Translations under genes and position numbers: made by a program
In this document: positions 1 to 8,650 of the stretch, piece by piece
How positions within the stretch are numbered: position 1 is the stretch's first letter
How the letters are laid out: each line of letters opens with the position of its first letter
NCBI GenBank assembly: GCA_963664295.1
Contig: OY760935.1
Location: 1,120,001 to 1,184,000 of the forward strand
Source of the DNA: Candidatus Altimarinota bacterium
GTDB lineage: Bacteria; Patescibacteriota; Gracilibacteria; CAIRYL01; GCA-016699755
Direction of reading: 5' to 3'
Length of the DNA stretch: 64,000 nt
The notes under the pieces: generated by a model
The model's database searches: none
Told to the model about the DNA's origin: nothing
What the model saw: the letters and a program-made list of their open reading frames with translations, nothing else

Positions 1-1502
1 TCCATATCTTCCATTTCAATTAGATCATATTCATCATCATACATCATGTCATCGTCCATACCTGGAGCACTGCTGTTCATCATCATAGGCCCCATTAAGC
101 CTTGAAGTGATGTCATTAGCTCTTCAAATGTTTTATAATTTTCAGGTTCGCTTACTTCTACTTTGCTAAGCTCTTCAGTTGTCATTTCTGCTGATATTGA
201 AGCTAGTTTTTGACCTGCTGATGTCACATCAAAATCAGCCTTAATGTAATCTTTGTCGAATTTTAATTCTGCTATGTCAATAACAACATTTTCACTAGTA
301 ATTTCTACTTTTCCACTATATGAATCATTTTTTTTGTCTAAATCTACTTTTACACTTTCATCTTCAAAATTTGGTTCAGGTGTGAAAGTAAATTCAAGTT
401 TATCATCACTTGATTCACCTTTTAGCATTACTTCTGATTTGTCTAAATTAGAAAGACTAAAGTTATTAACTCCTTTTGTAGTAGTCATTTCAAAAAGTAA
501 AACCTCATCATCACTTGCTCCTTCTGGGCTTGCTTGAATTTTTTTGTTTTCTTCAAGCCAGCTAATTTCAATATTAACAACTTCATCTTTTTGAGCACTT
601 TCTACAGTGCCTTCAAATGTGAAATATTCAGGATTGTCCTGAGAAATTCCTAATACACCGCTAGCATTTTTAACTTCTGCCAACATAGCATCAATAGCTT
701 TTCCAGCTTCTTCTTTTTGTTTTTTTGCTAATTCTTCATCAGGCATAATTAAATAAACATCAACTAATCCCATTAAGCCTTTCTTAAGAGCTACTTTGTC
801 CAATTCTACTTCAAAATAAAGCATGCCATTTTTTGTCTCCATGCCTTTTGAAAGTTTCCAAATGTCCATTTGATTTAAAGCTTCTTCAGTATTTTTTCTG
901 AAATTGAATTTTTCTGGGTCAATACTGTTCTTGAAATCTTCAATATTTACACCAGTACCTAAAATGTTTTCTAGGTCTTGCAAAGAACCTCCATACCAAA
1001 CACCAACATAAGGTTCGAAAATAGGCTCAATCATTGCCTCTTGACCACCAAGGTCAATATCTAACTCACTAAGTGAGAAAAATACTTTGTCCTCCATAGT
1101 TTTTGTAGCTAATTTTGCCATTGCAGAACCTGTTTGTCCTGCCATGCCCATAGCACTCATGTCCATAGATCCTTTAATAGAAAAATCACCAGTACCAAGC
1201 ATGTTTTCAATGTCATTATTTTCTTCATAACTAACTTCAATATCAATGTTGCCAACTTCAGGCGCACTGATTGAAGCATTTGCTTGTAATGAACTTTTAC
1301 TTTTTTCATAAAATGTAAAGTTAGGCATCAGGCTGATTACCTTTTCAGTCCATTTTTCATTCATTTCTTCTGTTATATAATCAAAGTTGTCTTGATTAGA
1401 AACAGCACCGTCGCTAACAGGGTCTGGCTTTTTTTCTCCAAAAAGACTACAACCTGCCAGCAAAACCACTGAAAGCAGTGATATTAGAATTTTTTTCTTC
1501 AT
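1..1502 (-). CDS. Large acidic lipoprotein of unknown function (3' end runs off the window)
   Basis: Read manually and absent from the ORF track: ATG at 1502, MKKKILISLLSVVLLAG|CSLFGEKK (lipobox LAGC); frame appears open to the window edge. Confidence 0.85.
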   Translation of the reverse strand, partial: MKKKILISLLSVVLLAGCSLFGEKKPDPVSDGAVSNQDNFDYITEEMNEKWTEKVISLMPNFTFYEKSKSSLQANASISAPEVGNIDIEVSYEENNDIENMLGTGDFSIKGSMDMSAMGMAGQTGSAMAKLATKTMEDKVFFSLSELDIDLGGQEAMIEPIFEPYVGVWYGGSLQDLENILGTGVNIEDFKNSIDPEKFNFRKNTEEALNQMDIWKLSKGMETKNGMLYFEVELDKVALKKGLMGLVDVYLIMPDEELAKKQKEEAGKAIDAMLAEVKNASGVLGISQDNPEYFTFEGTVESAQKDEVVNIEISWLEENKKIQASPEGASDDEVLLFEMTTTKGVNNFSLSNLDKSEVMLKGESSDDKLEFTFTPEPNFEDESVKVDLDKKNDSYSGKVEITSENVVIDIAELKFDKDYIKADFDVTSAGQKLASISAEMTTEELSKVEVSEPENYKTFEELMTSLQGLMGPMMMNSSAPGMDDDMMYDDEYDLIEMEDM

Positions 1503-1679
1503 TGTAAATTTAAAAAATTGAGAGATAGCAGAATTTTACACATTTTTTTAAGTTTTACGCAAAAAAAACAATTGACATTTTGTTGTGTTTTTGGTTATAT
1601 GCTATACATACATTTTATTCGCAAAATCACAGATATTAAGGTATAATATTTGTGTAGCAATACACTCTTATTTTGTTTA

Positions 1680-2210
1680 ATGGCAAAAATAGTATCAAAT
1701 CAGGCAGAAAAAAAAGAAAAGTTAAATAGCAAAAACCTTAATAATCTTCAAGATCAGGGTGAAAATTTAGTTGATAATGTAAAAGGAGCAGTAGAAGGGT
1801 CTGATGTGCGTTTTGAAATTGGTGTTAATTTGCCATCAGAAGTAATTGCAGAAGATCGTAACAAAAAAGGTGATGGAGATTTTTCACCAAAAAAAGACGA
1901 TCAAACACAAGTAGCTCAAGTAAGAGATTTAATCAAAAAAGATCCAAAAAAATTAACAAAAAAAGCAGTTACCTATTTTCTTAAAAAAGCAGTACACAAA
2001 GAAATAAAAGAAGTTCAAAAAGAAGTTAATCATCTCTCAAAAGATGTTATTGGTAATGCTTTTGAGCTTTCCGAAGCACTTAAAAAACTTAAAAAATTAA
2101 AGTTGATAATGAAAAATCTTGCCTATTGGACAGTAGATTTTTTGCGAAGTATGTTTCAAAGAGTGCAAAAAGGTGAAAAACTTTTTAATGCACCAATTCC
2201 ACAAGATTAA
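1680..2210 (+). CDS. Hypothetical charged/helical protein
   Basis: ORF 1650..2210; ATG at 1680 (MAKIVS) is the likelier start; no recognised motif. Confidence 0.7.
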   Translation: MAKIVSNQAEKKEKLNSKNLNNLQDQGENLVDNVKGAVEGSDVRFEIGVNLPSEVIAEDRNKKGDGDFSPKKDDQTQVAQVRDLIKKDPKKLTKKAVTYFLKKAVHKEIKEVQKEVNHLSKDVIGNAFELSEALKKLKKLKLIMKNLAYWTVDFLRSMFQRVQKGEKLFNAPIPQD

Positions 2211-2271
2211 GGATTGCTAATAAAGTTAAAAATTGCAAAAATCTTATTAACCTTTTTAATAAGAGCCTTAA

Positions 2272-3180
2272 ATGAACAAAAAAGAGTTAATTAAAGAAAT
2301 CAAACGCCTTAAAAAAGAAAAAAAAGCAATAATACTTGCGCATAATTATCAAGAGCCAAGTGTTTTTGAAGTTGCTGACTATTTAGGCGACTCTTTTGAA
2401 TTGGCAAAAATAGCGCAAAAAACAGACGCAAAAATTATTATATTTGCAGGGGTAAAGTTTATGGCAGAAAGTGCAAAATTATTAAATCCACAGAAAAAAG
2501 TTTTAATTCCAGATATTAATGCAATTTGCCCAATGGCAGGCATGGTAAACAAAAAAGAATTAAATAAATTAAAAAAAAAATATCCTGAGGCTACAATTGT
2601 TTGTTATATCAACACAACAACAGAAACAAAAGCAATGTGCGATGCTTGTGTCACTAGTGCCAATGCTGTGAAAATTTGCAAGAAATTACCACAAAAAGAA
2701 ATTATTTTTCTTCCTGATCAACATTTAGCGTCCTATATACAAGCTCAATTACCAGAAAAAACAATTATTCCTTTTCAGGGTTTTTGCGAGGTTCATGCGC
2801 AGGCAAGTGAGCAATATTTTAAAAAAGCAAAAGCAAAGTATTCCCAAGCTCCTTTGCTTTTGCATCCAGAAACCCCAAAAAATTTTTGGCAATATGCTGA
2901 CGCAATTTTGGGAACTGGTGGCATGATTAATTTTGTTAAAAAATCTTCAGAAAAAACTTTTTTAATAGGCACAGAAAAAGACATGGCAGAAAGATTAAAG
3001 CTTAGCTTTCCTGATAAAAATTTTATTCCGCTTTTAGGCGAATGTGTAAATATGAAAAAAATAAACTTAGAAAATATTTATCAATCACTTTTAGAAGAAA
3101 AATATGAAATTCAAATCAGTGAGGATATTTTTGAAAAAGCCAAAAGACCACTGGAAAAAATGATTAAGCTTGCCAAATAA
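2272..3180 (+). CDS. nadA: Quinolinate synthase (4Fe-4S)
   Basis: ILAHNYQ, GDSFELA, GVKFMAESAK, CPMA, YINT, TSANA, PDQHL, CEVH, HPE and C-terminal CVNMKK motifs. Confidence 0.95.
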   Translation: MNKKELIKEIKRLKKEKKAIILAHNYQEPSVFEVADYLGDSFELAKIAQKTDAKIIIFAGVKFMAESAKLLNPQKKVLIPDINAICPMAGMVNKKELNKLKKKYPEATIVCYINTTTETKAMCDACVTSANAVKICKKLPQKEIIFLPDQHLASYIQAQLPEKTIIPFQGFCEVHAQASEQYFKKAKAKYSQAPLLLHPETPKNFWQYADAILGTGGMINFVKKSSEKTFLIGTEKDMAERLKLSFPDKNFIPLLGECVNMKKINLENIYQSLLEEKYEIQISEDIFEKAKRPLEKMIKLAK

Positions 3181-3228
3181 AAAAAAGTGTTGTAGATTAT
3201 TGCCTCTTTTTTAGAAATATCTTCATTT

Positions 3229-3840
3229 ATGCTAAAAAAAGCACACGAAGAAACAGGCAAAACAGAAAAAAAACCATATTCAAATCTATCTAAAGAACAA
3301 CTTGCGCAACTAAATCAGGCAACGCAGGCAATAGTAGTTCCAGAATCAGGCTTATTAGTTGCAGAGGTGATGACCTTGTTGTCAGATTTAAGTTTTCGTG
3401 AATTTTTAGGCAAAGATACAGCTAAGGCCTTAGAGATAATAATTACACCTTCTGATGTATTGGGTGAGTGGCGAGAGATAGAGTGGTATGCTTTGCGCAA
3501 ATTTTTACAAAATAATAAAAATTGTCTTCAAAATTCATCATTAACAGAAAATATTGATCCACTTGTTTTAAAAAATATTTTAAAAGCTGTGAAAGCGAGA
3601 ATAGCAAAGGCGGGATTAGATTTTTTTGATGATGGAACCTTAATAGCAGACTTGAAAAAAATTGTTTTTTTTCAAGATTACCCTGATCATCAGCCGTATT
3701 CAGAGATGATAATCAACGAAGCAATTGCAAAAGGACTTTTAATTACCACAGATCGGAAACCTGGAGAAAAATGGTTTTTATTTCCTAGTGAAAAATTTTT
3801 TCAAAAAGCTAAAGCGTGGTTAAAAAATAACTCAAAATAG
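3229..3840 (+). CDS. Hypothetical protein
   Basis: 203-aa ORF filling the gap between nadA and the next gene; no motif. Confidence 0.65.
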   Translation: MLKKAHEETGKTEKKPYSNLSKEQLAQLNQATQAIVVPESGLLVAEVMTLLSDLSFREFLGKDTAKALEIIITPSDVLGEWREIEWYALRKFLQNNKNCLQNSSLTENIDPLVLKNILKAVKARIAKAGLDFFDDGTLIADLKKIVFFQDYPDHQPYSEMIINEAIAKGLLITTDRKPGEKWFLFPSEKFFQKAKAWLKNNSK

Positions 3841-3900
3841 TTATCAATTGACAAAAAAGCCATTTTTCTTAAAAATAAAGATAAATATTTTAATAAAAAA

Positions 3901-4281
3901 ATGGGTCTTTTACGTCATTTTATTCTGGCAATAATTGCTAATGCAGTTGCGCTTTATTTAGTGGCTTATTTTATGCCGGAGGATTTTATTATTACTGGTG
4001 GCATAAAAACATATGCCATATTAGGCTTTGCAGTTGGTTTTTTGAATACAGTAGTTAAGCCTTTATTAAAATTGATTACATTACCGCTTATGGTTTTATC
4101 TATGGGCTTATTTTTAATTGTAATCAACATGGTGATTTTATGGTTTTTACAATATTTATTTGCAGATGTGCTTACCTCGTTGGAAATAAATTTTGCAATT
4201 ACTGGTGGTTTAAAAACTTATTTATTTGGTGCATTACTTTTGGGTGTATTTAATTACTTCACTCGTTGGCTTTTTAAATAA
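3901..4281 (+). CDS. YvlD/DUF360 (holin-like, 4-TM) membrane protein
   Basis: IIANAVAL, FLNTVVKPLLKLITLPL, GLFLIVIN signature. Confidence 0.85.
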   Translation: MGLLRHFILAIIANAVALYLVAYFMPEDFIITGGIKTYAILGFAVGFLNTVVKPLLKLITLPLMVLSMGLFLIVINMVILWFLQYLFADVLTSLEINFAITGGLKTYLFGALLLGVFNYFTRWLFK

Positions 4282-4355
4282 AACCTTTTTTATTGACTTA
4301 AGATGATTTTTTTGTAAAAATCTCATTCGCTATTTATAAATTTATTTAGAAATTA

Positions 4356-4889
4356 ATTAAAAATTTGAAGAAATTTCGCAAAAACGAAGAAATTCGCGTA
4401 CCTAAATTAAGGGTTGTTGATCACGAAGGAGAGCAATTAGGTGTTATCTCGCGCGATGAAGCACTAAGAAAAGCAGAAGCAGTAGGGCTTGATCTTATCG
4501 AAGTGTCCCCGAATGCTGAACCGCCAGTGTGCAGAATAGACGATTTTGGAAGTTTTATGTTTAGAAAGAAAAAGGCGGAAAAAAAGCAAAAATTAGCTTC
4601 CAAAAAAGCCGTTTTAAAAAGCATTCGCTTTGGTATTCGCATTTCTGACCATGATCTTGGTGTAAAAATCGCTCAAGCTAGAAAATTTTTAGAAAAAAAT
4701 CATCCAGTAAGAATTCTTTTGCAATTCAGAGGAAGAGAAGCAATGCATGCTGACCTAGGAATGGAAAAAATTAAAGAAGTTGAAACTCAATTAAGTGATA
4801 TATCCAAGCCAGAAGCACCACCAAGAAGACAAGGAAACAGAGTTAATATGATCCTTAGACCAGAAAAACCAAAGGCTAATAAAAATTAA
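4356..4889 (+). CDS. infC: Translation initiation factor IF-3 (non-AUG start: ATT 4356 or TTG 4365)
   Basis: NEEIR, GEQLG, LDLIEVSPNAEPPVCRI, HDL..K, FRGRE motifs; in-frame TAG at 4347-4349 and no ATG at the N-terminus. Confidence 0.95.
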   Translation: MKNLKKFRKNEEIRVPKLRVVDHEGEQLGVISRDEALRKAEAVGLDLIEVSPNAEPPVCRIDDFGSFMFRKKKAEKKQKLASKKAVLKSIRFGIRISDHDLGVKIAQARKFLEKNHPVRILLQFRGREAMHADLGMEKIKEVETQLSDISKPEAPPRRQGNRVNMILRPEKPKANKN

Positions 4890-4911
4890 TTTACATATTA
4901 TTAAAATTAAC

Positions 4912-5127
4912 ATGGCAAGAATAGGAAAAGTCGGCAAACAAAAAGCAAAATCAGTTGCTAGAAAGAGAATAAAAAGAACATCAGGAGGCAAAGGAAAGAT
5001 GGTAATTGATAAAGCCGCTCACAATCATTTGCTTTTGCAAAAATCAAAAAAGCAAAAAGCAAAAGCAAAAAATCCTGTTTCGCTTCCAAAAGCAGAAACA
5101 AAAAAACTAGCTAAAATGCTTATTTAA
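4912..5127 (+). CDS. rpmI: 50S ribosomal protein L35
   Basis: Basic 71 aa; KRIKRT..GK, HNHLL.K; lies between infC and rplT. Confidence 0.9.
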   Translation: MARIGKVGKQKAKSVARKRIKRTSGGKGKMVIDKAAHNHLLLQKSKKQKAKAKNPVSLPKAETKKLAKMLI

Positions 5128-5145
5128 TTTTTTATTAACTAATTT

Positions 5146-5493
5146 ATGAGAGTAAAAAGAGGTGTGGCGACAAAAAAACGCCATAAAAAAGTTATTTCCC
5201 AAGCAAAAGGTTATAAATGGGGTCGTAAAAATGTTTTTAGTTTAGCAAAAAATGCTACTAATAAAGCTGGTCAACATGCTTATGTTGGCAGAAGACAAAA
5301 GAAAAGAGATTTTAGAAGTCTTTGGATTGCTCGTATTTCCGCAGCCGTACGTCTTTTAGGTACTAATTATTCAAGATTTCAAAACCAATTAAATAAAAAG
5401 AACATTAAACTTAATCGTAAAATGCTGGCTGATATTGCTATACGTGAGCCAGATGTATTTGAGGCAATTGTAAAAGAAGCAACAAGTAAATAA
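5146..5493 (+). CDS. rplT: 50S ribosomal protein L20
   Basis: MRVKRG, AKGY, KKRDFRSLWIARI, LNRKMLA. Confidence 0.98.
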   Translation: MRVKRGVATKKRHKKVISQAKGYKWGRKNVFSLAKNATNKAGQHAYVGRRQKKRDFRSLWIARISAAVRLLGTNYSRFQNQLNKKNIKLNRKMLADIAIREPDVFEAIVKEATSK

Positions 5494-5515
5494 ACAAATA
5501 AAGCCAGAGTCCCAA

Positions 5516-5602
5516 GCCGAGATGGCGGAATTGGTAGACGCGCGGGACTCAAAATCCCGTTTCCCTCGGGAAGTGTGGGTTCGATTCCCACTCTCGGCAC
5601 CA
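5516..5602 (+). tRNA. tRNA-Leu(CAA)
   Basis: GCCGAGA/TCTCGGC acceptor stem, anticodon loop CTCAAAA, long variable arm, TTCGA T-loop, encoded CCA. Confidence 0.97.
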
Positions 5603-5636
5603 AAAATATTTTATTTAGAATAATTATTTAAAAATC

Positions 5637-6302
5637 ATGAAAAGCATAATCTTACAAGCAGAAACAAGAAAATCAGGAAAAGCTCAAGATTTAATAAAAT
5701 CATCAAGAGTTCCTGCTGTTGTGTATGGCAAAGAAATGAAAGAAAATGAGCTTATTTCTTTGGAGTATCAAGAATTTAAAAAAGCTTATTCAAAAGCAGG
5801 TATGTCCACAATTATTGATTTAAAAATTGGCGACAAAGAAATACCAGTGCTTGTTCAGAGTATTGACATTGATCCTGCAAAAGATACATATATTCATATT
5901 GATTTCAAAGCAGTTGTTATGGGTCAAGAGCTTACTGCTCAGGTTCCATTAAGATTTACTGGCGAATGTGACGCAGTTAAATTGCTTCATGGTATTTTGG
6001 TATATAACAAAGAAAGTATTGATGTTAAATGTTTACCAAGAAACTTGATAAGTGAAATAGAGGTTGATCTATCATCACTTGTTGATTTTAATTCAGCTAT
6101 TACAGTTGCTGACTTAAATATTCCTGATACTATCAATGTACTGATTGATCCTGAAACAGTTGTTGTTGGCGTAACAGCTCCAAGAGTAGAAAAAGAACCA
6201 GAAGAAATAACAGAAGAAGGTAAAGAAGGCGCAGAAGGAGAAGAAGCTAAAGAAGGCGAAGGAGAGGCTAAAGAAGGCGAGGGAGAAAAGAAGGAAGGTT
6301 AA
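5637..6302 (+). CDS. rplY: 50S ribosomal protein L25/Ctc
   Basis: VPAVVYG, HIDF, VPLRFTGE, C-terminal TL5 domain and Glu-rich tail. Confidence 0.95.
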   Translation: MKSIILQAETRKSGKAQDLIKSSRVPAVVYGKEMKENELISLEYQEFKKAYSKAGMSTIIDLKIGDKEIPVLVQSIDIDPAKDTYIHIDFKAVVMGQELTAQVPLRFTGECDAVKLLHGILVYNKESIDVKCLPRNLISEIEVDLSSLVDFNSAITVADLNIPDTINVLIDPETVVVGVTAPRVEKEPEEITEEGKEGAEGEEAKEGEGEAKEGEGEKKEG

Positions 6303-6328
6303 TTTTTTAAAAAATAAAAATATTTGGC

Positions 6329-7420
6329 ATGAAAAAGCCTTTTTTAATGGTTGTAAAAATTATGGCAGTTTTGATCCTAGTAGCTATATTTTTTGCTTCC
6401 AGGTTTTTTGCCAATAATCAAAATGAACTAATTGCCTCTGAATATACCTCGGAAGAAATTAGATTGGGATTAAACTTAATTGAAGGCGAAATAGAGACAA
6501 AAGATTCTATCGATCTTTTGCGTGTTGGTGATCCTCCGCCAGTAGAGAAATCTTTTCTTAATCAAATGCCAGCATTACATGAAGGTGAAAATGTTTATGT
6601 GGCTATGATAGACAATCACAGATACGCTCGTGGTTATCATAAAGGTCTTTCAAAGGCGCGCATTATTATTGAAGCACCAGCTGAAGGAGGCATTCCTCGT
6701 TTAGTTAGTATTTTTTCGGAGAGTGATGACCTTAAAGAAATTGGTCCTATTCGTAGCACTCGAGATTATTTTTTAGACATTTTAAAGCCATTTAATCCTC
6801 TTATTGCCCATGCTGGTGGAAGTCCAATGGCATTAAATGAACTTGCTGTAAATAATAGTTTTTTAGATTTAGATAATGAATGGGGTGACGATAGTTTTTG
6901 GCGCGAAGATGAAATAATGAAGCCACACAATCTTTTTATAAGCACAGAAAATATAAAAAATTATTTTGAAAAAAATTCTTGGGAAAAACCACTAACAGAA
7001 AATGTATTTGAATACACAATTGTTTTTCCTGCAGAAGAACAAGTAGAAAGTTTTGAAGTTTTATTTGGAGCAGGGGTTAATAATGTCACTTGGGAGTGGG
7101 ACAAAAAAGAAAAAGCCTTTCTTAGAAAACAAGACAATGAAGTAGAAGAAATTTATGCAAAAAATATAATTATCATTATTTCAGATCATTGGCTTTTGGG
7201 TGATGACGATAAAGCAAGAATAGGCGTAAAAACAACCGGAGAAGATATTGCTTATATTTTTCGAGATGGACGATATTTAAAATGTAAATGGAGCAGAAAA
7301 GATAACGATTTTTTTCGTTTTACAGATGAAAAAGGTAATTCAATTGGATTAGAGCCAGGAAAAATATTCTTTGAATTGATTGAAAGTGAAAATAATCTTA
7401 AAATAAATAAAGCAGATTAA
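6329..7420 (+). CDS. DUF3048-family exported protein
   Basis: N-terminal TM; MIDNH..AR...GL..A, EGGIPR, IGPIRSTR, HAGGS, PHNLF motifs. Confidence 0.85.
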   Translation: MKKPFLMVVKIMAVLILVAIFFASRFFANNQNELIASEYTSEEIRLGLNLIEGEIETKDSIDLLRVGDPPPVEKSFLNQMPALHEGENVYVAMIDNHRYARGYHKGLSKARIIIEAPAEGGIPRLVSIFSESDDLKEIGPIRSTRDYFLDILKPFNPLIAHAGGSPMALNELAVNNSFLDLDNEWGDDSFWREDEIMKPHNLFISTENIKNYFEKNSWEKPLTENVFEYTIVFPAEEQVESFEVLFGAGVNNVTWEWDKKEKAFLRKQDNEVEEIYAKNIIIIISDHWLLGDDDKARIGVKTTGEDIAYIFRDGRYLKCKWSRKDNDFFRFTDEKGNSIGLEPGKIFFELIESENNLKINKAD

Positions 7421-7426
7421 GAAAAT

Positions 7427-8543
7427 ATGATATTAACAGAATTAAAACAGGAAATTAACTCTCTCCGCGATGAAATAAATCGTGCGAGAGACTGCCTTTG
7501 ACACAGAAAAATTAGAAAAAGAAATAATACAATTAAGCTCTAAAACACTTGAAGAAGGTTTTTGGAGTGATGTTAAAAAAGCAAAATCAATAAGTCAAAA
7601 TTTAGCAAATTTAGAAAAAAAATTAAAAACCTGGGATCATCTCAAAAATGACGCAGAAGCAATTTTTGAGCTTATGGATTTATACAATGACGAGTCGCCA
7701 GAATTGCCTGATTTGGAAAAAGAATTTATTGCTTTAAAAAATCAATTTGAAAAAGCAAAAATAGATTTATATCTTTCTGGTGAGTTTGATAATCGCAATG
7801 CAATCATGGAAATAAAAGCAGGCGCAGGTGGCACAGAAGCACAAGATTGGGCAGAAATATTGCTCCGAATGTATTTGCGTTTTGCAGAAAGAATGGATTT
7901 TAGCGCAGAAATTTTAGAAAAAACCGACGGAGTAGATGTAGGTATAAAAAGCGTACTTTTGGAAATTTCCGGTCCTTTTGCTTATGGTATGTTGCAAAGC
8001 GAAAAAGGCACTCACAGACTTGTTCGCCAATCTCCTTTTAATGCAAAAAACCTCCGCCAAACCTCTTTTGCTGGAGTGACAGTCACGCCAACATTAGAAG
8101 ACACCGACGCAACAGATATACAAATAGAAGAAAAAGATATTCGCATGGACACTTTTCGTGCTTCTGGTGCTGGTGGTCAGCATGTTAATAAAACAGACTC
8201 AGCAGTACGTATAACTCATATTCCTACAGGTATTGTGGTTAGTTGTCAAAATAATCGTAGTCAACATCAAAATAGAGAAAAAGCCATGCAAATTTTGCGT
8301 GCAAGATTAGCAGAAAAAATGCGCGAGGAAGAAGAAAAGCGAGCATCCGAGGTGCGCGGTGAGCTTGTGGAAGCGGCCTGGGGAAATCAAGTAAGAAACT
8401 ATGTTCTTCATCCCTATAAAATGGTAAAAGATTTGCGCAGTGAATATGAAACCAGTAATACAGAAGCAGTTTTAGATGGCGACTTAGAAGAATTTTCTCG
8501 TAAATATCTAGAATGGAAAGCAGAAAAAGCAAATAAAAGTTAA
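7427..8543 (+). CDS. prfB: Peptide chain release factor 2 with programmed +1 frameshift
   Basis: ATG 7427 MILTELKQ...RARDCL, then CTT-TGA-C at 7496-7502 shifting into the ORF with GAGGTEAQDW, SPF and GGQ motifs. Confidence 0.96.
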
Positions 8544-8565
8544 TAATTTTCTATTCGGAAATTTC

Positions 8566-8594
8566 TTGACTTCTATTTCTTAGCACTCTATAAT
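8566..8594 (+). promoter_or_regulatory. Sigma70 promoter of dnaK
   Basis: TTGACT (8566-8571), 17 bp spacer, TATAAT (8589-8594). Confidence 0.85.
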
Positions 8595-8606
8595 ATTGAG
8601 TGCTAA
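8580..8606. promoter_or_regulatory. CIRCE element (HrcA operator)
   Basis: Perfect TTAGCACTC-N9-GAGTGCTAA, 44 bp upstream of dnaK. Confidence 0.97.
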
Positions 8607-8650
8607 ATATTTAAAAATAAAATATTTTTTAGAAATTTAATAATAAAAAT

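Noticed and set aside
253-537. 94-aa + strand ORF
   Set aside because: Antisense shadow of the minus-strand lipoprotein 1..1502
3901-4281. Prophage lysis gene
   Set aside because: YvlD/DUF360 is a common chromosomal membrane protein and there are no phage genes nearby
7482-8543. prfB starting at GTG 7482, or a prfB pseudogene
   Set aside because: Explained by the programmed +1 frameshift from the ATG at 7427
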